The notes under the pieces were generated by a model. That model saw only the letters and a program-made list of their open reading frames with translations. It was not told the origin of the DNA and made no database searches. A DNA stretch of 63,877 nucleotides, the filler included, from Lenisia limosa (Eukaryota; Protista; Breviatea), in NCBI GenBank assembly GCA_001655205.1. It is 18 parts of 18 records of this genome, joined end to end, with 100 filler letters (N's around TTAATTAATTAA, not from the genome) between each part and the next. Parts side by side here need not be neighbours in the genome. Positions count along the whole stretch, not along the records: positions 22,831 to 33,208 come from LPNZ01004770.1; positions 33,309 to 34,384 come from LPNZ01008830.1; 16 more parts are not named here. One strand, 5' to 3'. Position numbers and translations under genes: made by a program. The first letter of the stretch is position 1. Each line of letters opens with the position of its first letter. Positions 22,879 to 33,957 of the stretch are shown here, in pieces.

Positions 22879-25778
22879 GGAAGTGGAAGACTCCATTCCA
22901 AAGCCGCTACAGGACCCCTGGGAAATTGTCGAGCCTAAAAAGGGTAGGTTGATTTATTTGGGAAGTCATCTTACCGACTAGCCCCCCGGAGACCACGGGT
23001 ACTGTCTACGGACATTCGGAGCGGCGACCGGCAAGCCACACCCCAAGGCCTCCCCCAGCACACTGCGCTTGACGGATGGGGCGAAGTCATTACTGAAGAA
23101 GGCTCGGCCGCACTGGAATACGTTTTCCCCCTCGACCCTCTTGTGGGACGCTTTTCAGTGCACTTTGTCAAAGACATTTGCTTTTATTCATATTTTACAG
23201 GGTAATATATGATGTGTATCAGACCAATGTTCATAGTTATACTATGATATTCTGACTTCTCAACCCTCGTGTGTTACCAGCCAACAGACTTGATTTTGGG
23301 CTTCTTCTTTATTTTTTGTTTCATAAATAATCCAATTTTACTCTCCCTTCCCCCCAGGTCCAACAACACGTGCCGAGCAGTGCCGGGCTAATTGACCCAG
23401 TATCGGGACAGGTTATTACACTCGAAGATGAACTGCCGGTGGCTGGGGTCTTTGGAGTAGATTTTTCACTTGAACTAACTACAGTATCGTTGTACAATTA
23501 CTATATTGTATACTGTATTGAATATGATATAAACACCACAGGAAGATAGGGTTTCTGAGACTTAGACGATACTTTTCAATCCTTGATATATTCTATATTT
23601 AGGGGAGGGAGGGGGTGCCAGAGTGACATTCAGCTGCCACTCAACATTAACTCAATTTAGATTCTCAAGGGACCCGAAGACGCCAAGCCCCTCAAATCCA
23701 AGCCCAAGCCGGCTGATTTCTCGGCTATTAGAAGCCAGGTGGGTGAACGTCTTGTTTTGTCTTGCCTTGGTTCAACATTCGTTTTCGGCTTCGTTCCATC
23801 ATATAATATACCATATTATATGTAATATAATATATGGCAATGAGAAATAAAAACAAGGTCACACAGCTTTCTGCATGCCTCCCTAGCATACATCGTTCCA
23901 TCATACGGGTTCCTAATATTTTAGGATGGTAACCTGGGACTCCCTGTTAACATTTGCCGCATTGCGCCATCTTCCATCGAAGTAAAGCCCGAGGCCATAT
24001 GCGCACCTCCAAATATGGAAACTCGTTTGTTGGGTGTTGCCAGTTATGAAGTCCGTTCTAAGGTCCGTGTCTGACCTCCTAGACTATGCTGTCGATGAAA
24101 AAGCTCAGTCAGCTTGGGTCAAAATCCCAATCACCGATGTGGGAGGGAAATTGTTACCAAAAATTGAACAAAATAAGGTTCAAAATAAAAAAAACTCTGG
24201 GTTTCAACACTCATTCCTTAGGATGATGAGCCTCTACCCGCTGAACTAACGAAACCTTCTCCGCTCCCAAAGGTATTACGACTGCTTCTTGGGGGTTGTT
24301 TGCAGCAAGACAATATATTAAATAAATCCAGGCTAACATAAGAATATATAGGGATACCATGATCAAATCACCATAATGGGGCGCCTTCCCCTTCTTATGT
24401 ATTTCTGCTACTTTAGTACATAATATTCTCCCTATGGTGTTGACTTTTCCAGGTTCCAAAAACTAAACCCGCCTCGCATCAAGATACTGAGCCCACTACC
24501 AAGCTGCCTCCACTTCATCAGACAAAAACTGTGGTTCCTAACATGACGGTTCCTAAGGTTTGGAGGGCTGGTTGCCTGGGTACAGTGTTAGTAACTATGT
24601 GTTATAGACTATGGGGCGCAATGGTTGCCAGGAATATCATAGCATAATATTTAAATGAGAAATAGTTGGATAATGAGAACCCGTGATGGGTATCCAAATT
24701 TGAACCCCTCTTTACTGTTTAGAACTCCAATAGCATTCCGCTTCTGCAGCGTCCCAATATGTCCCCACAAAGACCCGTTGTTTCCTCGCCAGTGAGAAGA
24801 GTGACCCAGTCCCCCCAGAAGCCCAGGCCAACATCGCATGTCCGCCAATCTGCGTCATCAGGTGCGTGTTTCTTGTCACTCTGCGTCTGTCAAAAACCCA
24901 AACCTTTAGGCTTTCTCAGGTTCATTCATCGTACCAAACTGGAACTACCCACTTCTTTTACTCCCAATATTCTTCATCGAAATTCCTTCGTTTACCCCCC
25001 CCCCCCCNNNNNNNNNNNNNNNNNNNNNNNNNNNNNNNNNNNNNNNNNNNNNNNNNNNNNNNNNNNNNNNNNNNNNNNNNNNNNNNNNNNNNNNNNNNNC
25101 CGGTGCCGAAGCAGTCCGCTCGCCCGATCAGGTTTGATTATCTTTTTAACTTCATATCACTTTTTTTTGAGTCATTTTCACACGTATGAACTATGATATT
25201 CTACGTGATATGATACCTTAAATCACTTTTTGGATCATTTTCACACGTATGTACTATCATTTCCCACGCAGTGATATGATACCTACCTCATATCCACTTG
25301 TGATGACCGACAAGTAAACCCTCGTGCTATCTTGTGACTCGAATGTCAGTCACATGATTATATCAGTACTGCATATGATATGGTCAACCTGTAACAAGGC
25401 TTTTCTTACCCACTTAGCACACAACTTCCTCCCGAACAGAGGGCGCCAGCGCCACTTCTTGCGTCAACCAAACCCGGGTCTTATATTTCAAACCTCCAGG
25501 TACACTGGGGTCGTCTCATGAAATAGTTTTTTTTTTTGCTTTTTCTCGTTCTTTTTGGGTTGCCGTTGTTTTGAAGCTGACTCTGTAGTCTTACAGCGCG
25601 TCACAGCCCCTACAGCTTAACCCGGTGAGACAGACCCCATATTACTTTGCTTCCAAACTTCCAAACTAACTTTTTTTAGGCGAAAAAAATGCGCCAAAAC
25701 CCAAATCCCTCTGACGAAGAAATTGAAGACCAGAAGCGCTTCAAGCAAGCGAATGTTACCCTTCCCAGCCTTTTCTAA
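22879..25778 (+). CDS. Hypothetical low-complexity (Pro/Ser/Lys-rich) protein, 5' partial
   Basis: Exons EVEDSIPKPLQDPWEIVEPKK, VQQHVPSSAGLIDPVSGQ, GPEDAKPLKSKPKPADF, DDEPLPAELTKPSPLPK, RAPAPLLASTKPGSYISNLQ; last exon ...KRFKQANVTLPSLF* ends 25778. Confidence 0.6.
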
Positions 25779-26164
25779 TATGTATACTAGGTCCGTAGTT
25801 GTTTCCTTCATGTAATTGTAATTGTTGTACCTGGGTTGTACTCCTTTGATCCTTTGTTTTTGGAAGGTACTGTCTCCGCCTTGTGTGTGTTACTGTGAAG
25901 TAGAAAGGTAGGAGCAATGGTTCTCGGTTAGCCGTTCAGCAGTTGGTTTTAGTGTTTTAGTTAAGTATAATAATTGATCGATCAGTATTGGTCAGTTTGA
26001 TTATTGATAACAAGGCGGGTAGAACGGTAGAACCCCCACATTTTTTTGTATATATATATATTTTCCATGAACATTCCAAAAGGAAAGAACAGAAAGAAAG
26101 AAGATGAGAGAAGATTAAAAAATGAACAAGAAAAGACGGAAGAATTGGGAATAATACGCTCTTC

Positions 26165-29100
26165 ATGGAGGAGTTTTTCTGCTTTGACCGGCCAGGAAGA
26201 CCTGAAGTTGCCGCCTGTCATCGCTACTTTGTCTTTGTATGTATAATAATGGTTTTTTACTGCCCAAATACCCTATATAACGCTTTTCTGCAGAGCCAGT
26301 CCCTGATTCCTCCTTCAACTGCCGCCCACCGGAATGTACTGAATGGTGTTGCTTTTATTGGTAAGAAGCAATAACTTTTCAGGGAACCCATGTTACTTAT
26401 GAGCTCTCTGATGGGGTTTCATAGATGATCATTGAAATTGTTGTTTCCTCTCAGAGGAATGGAATGGAAGAAAAGAGTTTATGTTCCATGTGCCTTTTTT
26501 GGATGACAATGATATAATAACGAGCATATTTGCGAAGAATTGTTAGTTTATTTTCTGAGTTTCATGAGAGTCTGCCAAAGAGTGATGGCTTTTCAGGTCG
26601 ATTTGGGCCTCAATCGCAAGCTGGGGTCTTCAGGGTGCTGTCAACTGTACAAGTGGGGCGTTTGTCATATTGCAATCAAAGGGTAGATATTAATATTTTG
26701 TTCATGCTAATGCCCCTAATGAGATGGATGATTGCACAGGACGAGGACAGTGAGGTGTCGTTTTCGAGGCTCTCGTCAACCTTGGTGCCGGACTTGAAAG
26801 CGGCGAAGTGGATACAGGTTGTCTGGAAAACCTTGTACATAATCTTTTGGATTGTAAGTTATCTTTTCAGGTCTTTCCACCAGAAAATGTCAGCATTGAT
26901 GTCGAGGTTCATGCCTTCACCTATTGTGAACTGTGAGCGCCACATGTAGTGACACTTGCTCTTGCTTGATCAAAAATCTGAAATAATCTGAATATCGTGA
27001 AACAGGCACCCAAGTAACCCTCTCCAGGAATGACTCATTTGTCATTTTCGGGTCCGACAACACGGTCTTCTTTGTTGGTATGGGGGGGTAAAAATGAAAT
27101 ATTTATGAAACAACAAAATCAACTCTAATTTTTTACTGATTTTTGGTGAGCTCCATGAGAAAAAGTACTGAGGAGCTCTTTACCTTTGCGGCTAATATAG
27201 GCAGTATCCAACCAATTACCATTTAGACAGTAATGGTGATGCACACCTCTTTCCAATAAAGGCCAAAGCTGGAGTTCTGTTTGTTGAGGTTTCAGTTTTG
27301 TACTTTCAAACAGCGTTGTGCCAACATCATTCTCTTTATTCATTCTGTTACCGATTTAGTTCCTGTGATGGAAAGACATTGGCAGTGATATCCCCAGATT
27401 CTTCATTCGTCTCTTTTGTTGATGCAGAGCCTCCTGGCCGAAAGCATGATGTTGGCCGAATGGTGAATCCCAATTTGACAATTCTGAGAAGAAAATACTT
27501 TTTCCTTTTTGAACGCTTCGTTTACATAATTTAGTCGATTAATGCAGAAGAAAATTCCTCTTTTGGTGTTTCTGAAATGCTGATGGTTTGTCATTTCCTC
27601 ATACTATGAAATGTTTCTGACCTTTCAGGAGGAGTTCGGTAAGCAAGCGGAGGGTCACTGGAACGCTGGTTCTTCAGAATTTGCCTTCCTTCAGGTGGGA
27701 TTCTCGTGAATGACAGAAATGATCTATTTGTGTTATCTCTTTATAATTGTATGTTTTTGATGTTGTTGATTCACAATTCAGATGGATTCGCGGGATTGTT
27801 CTCTCATAGGTAAGAATTGTTTCCTGATTGGATTACATCCCTTTCACGAAGCAAGAAGGAAACGTGTACCCATTTCCGGGTCAATGCCTCCCTAAATTCA
27901 GCCTTGTGGTTGCTGACATGGAAAGGAGACTTAATATTCCTATTGTGGGTGGTTGACATTGTCTTTTTGTGCGTGTGAGGTGAATTGATTTCTCATTTCC
28001 ACTAATGCCTAACCAGATGGCGAGTCCATTTGAAATTACCTACATTGTGCAATACGGCTGGGTTACTGATAACATGTGAGACAGATTTCGGTGCTTTGAA
28101 GCATTTCCTTGTTTACACAGAACTAGTATTGTTTATATTATATATAGTATATATGATATATATACATACACTGTATATATATATATATATATAGTATGAA
28201 TAGTGTGGAGGGATTAGCCGTATTTTACTTGTCTTCTTTTGGAGACAGAAATGACTATTAGATTATTTGCAGTGCAGCTCTCACGAAACCACCGCGAGCT
28301 GATAATCGCTATTATTGACGTATCTGTAGGCCGGTACATCTTGGCATCTTTTGTGTGAAGAAATGACAAACCATCAATATTTCAGAAACACCAAAAGAGG
28401 CATTTTCTTCTGCGTTGATCGACTAAATTATGTAAACGAAGCGTTCAGAAGAAAATGAGCTAGAAATAAACTATCCAAAGCGGTACTAAAATAGTGGAAT
28501 TGGATTAGAATTGTACTCTTGATACCTATGTATGTATATATCCTTCACCTTGTTACCCCCAAGTTGGCCGAACTACGCTGGATTCCAGTTCTTCACACTT
28601 CTTCAACTTCTTGGATATATGTGAGCTTGGGCATTTACCTTTGACTATAATCCGCCAAAGAGAGTTTGTGACCTCTTAGCCTCCAACACACGTAACATTT
28701 CTATCTGATGGCAGACTTGTTACAACGTCGGAACACTCCGGCTTCCGACACATCATTGTTGTACATGCGGACGGGACAATCGGTTGGTGTGACCCAAGAC
28801 TTTTGTAATCCTGATAAACAGAATATTCAAATTTGACAAGAAACAAATTTTATTTCAATAGTGCTTCACTTTTGATTATAAAAAAGACAACGATTCGTAT
28901 AGTCTTTAATGTACTTGATTATAAAACATATAGTCTTCAACGTACCCATCGCTGTTGAACCCATCTCTTGTGGAAGGAAAAGAACTCCAATTCACAGCTC
29001 CAGATGATGTAACCAGTGGCCCTTTTGAGGTGACACACAACTTCCACGTCACTTCTCTGTCCAGTGACTCGCCTGGGGACTCGGAGGTGATCTTCTATCA

Positions 29101-31834
29101 CTCCCGCATGGCAACGCCATTGGAAACGCAGGTCCATTGGGCGCCGCTTCCCAACGGTCGGTCGTCATGGGCTGGCAATGTCAGCTGTGCTTCGATTCAG
29201 TCTGTTGTCGAGGTTGGTTGCAGCCAGTGTGGTTCACTCACATCACAGCCTGTCAAACTAAGTAACTTGTCTCCCCGTAGCCCCAGATCTACTGATCCCG
29301 ATCCTGCCCTGTTAGTTCTCAATCTCAATTAATATGATAATATAATATCCTGTGTAAACGGCATAGCATATGTTATAGTACTGAGCATACGTACATTACT
29401 CCGCTCAGATTGACGTTTCGCGGTCGAACTTGGGACTGTTTAGCGGCGTGCTCCGGAACAATTCTTTTGAGAGGTCTGCAATTGTCAGAATGTGATAGCT
29501 GAATATAACCCCAGGATCAACGTTATGTTGTAGGTTCATCACTTAATGAGCCAGCAGCCACTATCATGGTTCATGTTAGGAACAAGGTGGGCATGACACG
29601 TGTTTTGTAGTCCGAAAAGACTGAACTATTGATTATTGGAGACTTGTTCCCCTACAATTATATATTTTGAAGACCATGGAAGTCCAAAACATGACTGTAG
29701 AGATGCGCTTTGGATTGTTGCCTCAGAAATACCAATCATTGATTCAAAGATAATCGTAAAGGAGGGCCAAGTTCTTCTCTACAGCCCCATGATTCTGGAA
29801 AAGACCTTCAGGTGTCAAAACCAGGGTGAGTAAAAATGTTAATGATTGGGTGAATTAATATTACATTATTATCCAATATCTCTTCCAAGCTTGATGGTGT
29901 GNNNNNNNNNNNNNNNNNNNNNNNNNNNNNNNNNNNNNNNNNNNNNNAATAGATGAGTTGTACCACTCATCATATGTAGTAAGTAATACTGGTAATAGGT
30001 GAGTTGTACCCCTGGGTTTAGGAGGAACGATGCCACGTCATTGACCCTGCCCTCCAGAAATGGAAGCCACCCCGTCTTCTCTTTCGGTGAAGTCCCAACT
30101 GCGATTTGGTGGGCGAATACCCTTTTTTTAATCTCGATATGTGGTGCAGTTTTAATAATACAGGAATCAATAATTGTTAAAGTTCACACCACCCCAACCT
30201 TATGTCTGATGAAGATGTAACTCCTTAGGTGGGGTTACACGGAACCACTTCTTGGAAGGAATGGCCCAAGCCCCGGCCTTCAACTTCTTTCACTCTCCAC
30301 CCGACATCTTCTGCTGCTACAACCATAAAGGTGCGATCCGAATGGTCGTGCGAAGACTCTTTGCTTCTTCTTTGGCTTATCGTGTAGGCGACATTCTCCA
30401 TGGAATGTTTTTTCCTCCTTTGGGCACGCACAGATCACCACCACCTGGTGGGCACTATTCTCAATACAGTTGTAGTGGTTATCTATATATTCCTGCTGAC
30501 CCCCTCAGTGGCATTAATAGTCTATGCGGGCCCTGGAAAGCAAATGGTTACCAACTCTGAGGCGCTGAGTTTGGACCTACTTCCGCGATTGCTCTCGGCT
30601 TTAGGCATCAGTGTTCTTTTGGTCAACTCCGCTTCGGCTGCAGGCAAAGGTTGGACGCCGAACCTGAAGGGCTTTTCTTTGTTGATTGTAGTCTGTTCTT
30701 GTGTTATCCCGTTTGTTTTGGGTGATAATTTGTTTTTGGCTATACACCACCGTGTTTTGGGTTATTATTACACCATCTTTTGTTTTGGGTTACTATAACA
30801 CCATCAGGGCGATACACCGAACAGTGCTATGACGGCTGTCTGGGGCAGCAGGAACTCTTAGACCAAGTGTGCCCTTGTTTCATAAGTACTTTCTAAACCT
30901 CTTGAGCCGAGCATGTTGAAATAACTCCCTTACCCCCCACCCAGGTTGTTGCTCTTGATCACTTGACAAGCTCCGGTCGAGTGGACCCCCAGAGAATCGC
31001 TGTTATTGGCTGGTCATATGGTGGCTATGCGTCCCTGGCTCTCTTGGCCAGGTATCCAAGCTTGTTTAAGGTACTGAATGGATGCGCCAAACTGTGTAAT
31101 TGTATACAATTAATCCCCCAGATGGCTGTTGCTGGGGTACCAGTCCTCGATTGGGCCAAGTACAGTGCGGGTAGGCTTAAACTCTCCACATCATTCTGTA
31201 TTACTATCATTACTACAAAATATTCCGTATTACTACTATCAATACTACAAATTATTCCGTATTAGTATACCAGTACTGCCAAGCATTCCGTATTACTGTA
31301 AACCCACCTTACCGCACAGTTTACAGTGAACGGTACCTTGGGGACCCCCGACTGCATCCCAGGGCCTACGCCGCATCGTCTGCCTTGAATCTTGTTGACG
31401 AGTGCGTGGCGCTTGGGCTTGTTTTTAGCAATAAATGGTAACACTACGATCTTGATGAGTGTTGTCAAAAATAAATGGTATTTAATCCCTTTACGCTGAC
31501 AGCCTTCCGTCAGACAGTGACCGCCTCCTTTTGGTCCGATGCGGAGATGACCGTAACGTCCTTCCTGCTCAGACAGACTCTTTAATCTCGTCACTTATTC
31601 GTCTCAATAAGCCGTACTCTTTACTATCTTATCCTCATGACGGTGCGCTTCTTCTGCCTTATTGTTGTGCTTTCTTTCTGATACGACAGGTCATCAGCTC
31701 TGTGCAACATCGCAGGCACACTACGAGGTTGGTACGTGATAATCTTTCTGATGTGATTTCTTAATAGCAGTCTCCATAAAAATCTTACTCCTTAGGTGGA
31801 AGTAGCTTCCTATGTTTCAAAGGTATTATGTTAG
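26165..31834 (+). CDS. Dipeptidyl peptidase IV-family (S9B, DPP4/8/9-like) serine peptidase
   Basis: Propeller motifs DGKTLAVISPDSSFVSFV, EEFGKQAEGHWNAGSSEFAFLQ, YPFPGQCLPKFSLVVADME, TSEHSGFRHI, PLETQVHW. Hydrolase motifs LHGMFFPP, VYAGPGKQMV, ELLDQ, RIAVIGWSYGGY (Ser, ~31010), ERYLGDP, GDDRNV (Asp), YPHDGH (His). The start is uncertain. Confidence 0.88.
27508..27604 (+). repeat. ~97-bp intronic repeat J, copy 1 (inverted partner at 28353-28449)
   Basis: GAACGCTTCGTTTACATAATTTAGTCGAT..GCAGAAGAAAAT.CCTCTTTTGGTGTTTCTGAAAT..TGATGGTTTGTCATTTC matches the reverse complement of 28353-28449 with few mismatches. Confidence 0.9.
28353..28449 (-). repeat. ~97-bp intronic repeat J, copy 2
   Basis: Reverse complement of 27508-27604. 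Confidence 0.9.
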
Positions 31835-31999
31835 GGTAATTTATGGGTGGGTATTTCTTGTTTATTTAATCTGCATTGTTATGATTAGCCTTTTTTTCAA
31901 AAACGGGGTATCAAAAATACATTATAAATAGAAAAAAAGAATCATACCATAACATTACTGAATCACTACATTCCTTGGAATTAACTAAAGGTATGAGAA

Positions 32000-33207
32000 C
32001 AGCATCAAAAACATCTGGGACTGATGATTGTCACGTATGTATTGACAGGTACCCATACCTGGAAAAATGGATTGTTGGGGTGGAGGGCTGGCTTGTGTGT
32101 CTCTCTGGTGAACGGGATTTTGCCTTTTACTGAAAGCTGCAGAGGGTGAGGATTACAATTAGAGAAAGTGAATACTGCCACGGGGGAGTATGGGTGTGTT
32201 ATACATCCTATGATTCAGCCTTACTGAGTATTGTGTCGAAAGAAGGCCGAAAGTTGTCGCCGCTGCCGCCTGTTATGTCATAGCGATGCGAAATAAAACA
32301 AGGCTGAATCTGGCCGAAGCCGTCCAGACCATCACGCTTATAAGAGATATTGAATTATGGTATTATAAGATTACATATCATAATTCATAGCTAGCAATTC
32401 AAAACTTGTGGTGACACCCACCTGTATGGTCAGCACAGACCGGGCTTTGACAGTGTCTTGGGTATCAATGGGACCCCGTACAGACGACATGTTGTGTAGC
32501 CTGGTGAGGGGTGAGCAAAGCACGTGTGCTACAGCTAATGTTCGTCATTAGCAAGAAAACAGACAATAGACCCCCCACCCCCACGCTGTGAGAGTGAGTG
32601 AAACGTCCACATCCATTGAACCGGTGTTGTCAGCAACCACCCAAATTGTTGTCTGAGGGGTGAATGCGAAGAGCATTGGGTATTTATAGATGAAAAAGTT
32701 GATCACATTTTCAACAATTAAACAACAGTGTGATATCATTTCTTATGTATCATTAGTATGATAAAATATATAATAGTGCTGTGTGTGTGAGGCTCAAACT
32801 TCACAATACATAGTTGAGTCCTACCCACCTTGTTTTGTAGCACAGAAAGATAGAGACTCTTGAACTGTCTGCGAATCGATTAAAAAACTCAAACAAGCTT
32901 GATTATGGGAGGTTATTATAATCTGAAACAACAAGAGAATTGATGAGATGTCTCCTTCAATAAGCGCTGGCAGCATACTCAGTTTTCCTCTGAGGGTGTC
33001 GTATGACAGCTCGAACAATATTCTCTGCTGGCACATGTGATGGAAAGGCTTGGGGCGTAATACTCAGGAAGTTGTTCTCGGGGCTAATTGTAGGTTAAAA
33101 CACTTCAAAGATAAATTTAGCGATCTCATCAATACTGGAATGAACTTGTATGTAGTAAGCATCAGCCACATACGCTCGAACAGACACGATGGACACAAGG
33201 CCATGGT
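32000..33207 (-). CDS. Hypothetical protein fragment, possible vWA domain
   Basis: GT-AG exons TTIWVVADNTGSMDVDVSLTLTA (~32585-32655; MIDAS-like DxTGSM after a hydrophobic strand) and LHNMSSVRGPIDTQDTVKARSVLTIQ. Confidence 0.4.
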
Positions 33208-33362
33208 TNNNNNNNNNNNNNNNNNNNNNNNNNNNNNNNNNNNNNNNNNNNNTTAATTAATTAANNNNNNNNNNNNNNNNNNNNNNNNNNNNNNNNNNNN
33301 NNNNNNNNATTGGCTCCTTCTGTGGAAAATATATCTTTTCTACCCCCGATTTGTTTTTTTAA

Positions 33363-33443
33363 TACAGTGACTGGATAAGTCTTGACCAATTTTCCTTGGG
33401 AAATCACTTTGTAAATCGGTCAAGACTTTTCCCTGTCACTGTA
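33363..33443. mobile_element. Family E micro-MITE with TA flanks (Tc1/mariner-type ends)
   Basis: TA|CAGTGACTGGATAAGTCTTGACC ... GGTCAAGACTTTTCCCTGTCACTG|TA. Confidence 0.85.
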
Positions 33444-33505
33444 CCTACATCATATGATATAATTAGTGTTGGGGGGGGGGTGGGTGTCTTTATAGTGATA
33501 TGGAG

Positions 33506-33856
33506 GCGCTGCGGCGAGGCGCTGCGGCCGGATACTCCATTGTTTTATGAGGCGCTGCGGCCGGGTACTCCATTGTTTTATGAGAGGCTGCTGCCAGATA
33601 CTCTATTGTTTTATGAGAGGCTGCGGCCGGATACTCTATTGTTTTATGAGGGGGCTGCTGCCGGATACTCTATTGTTTTATGAGGGGGCTGCTNNNNNNN
33701 NNNGCCGGATACTCTATTGTTTTATGAGAGGCTGCGGCCGGATTCTCTATTGTTTTATGAGAGGCTGCGGCCGGATTCTCTATTGTTTTATGAGGGGGCT
33801 GCTGCCGGATACTCTATTGTTTTATGAGGGGGCTGCTGCCGGATACTGCATTGTTT
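33506..33856. repeat. 33-34 bp minisatellite, ~10 copies
   Basis: Unit GCTGCGGCCGGATACTCTATTGTTTTATGAGAG with variants; an internal 10-N gap suggests collapse. Confidence 0.95.
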
Positions 33857-33957
33857 TGTTTCTCATTCTTGACGAGTATTTTGGTGGCGGTGCGGATGGT
33901 CTATTGAGTAACAAGGCAGGGATGAGTTGTTAAGTAAATAAAATGACGTCACCGTTC

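Noticed and set aside
26760-26830. Minus-strand IHFAAFKS resembling UDP-glucose 4-epimerase
   Set aside because: It is antisense to a well-supported DPP exon and has no other epimerase motifs.
33396-33933. Repetitive ORFs (PDTLLFYE / RILYCFMRG)
   Set aside because: These are translations of the minisatellite.
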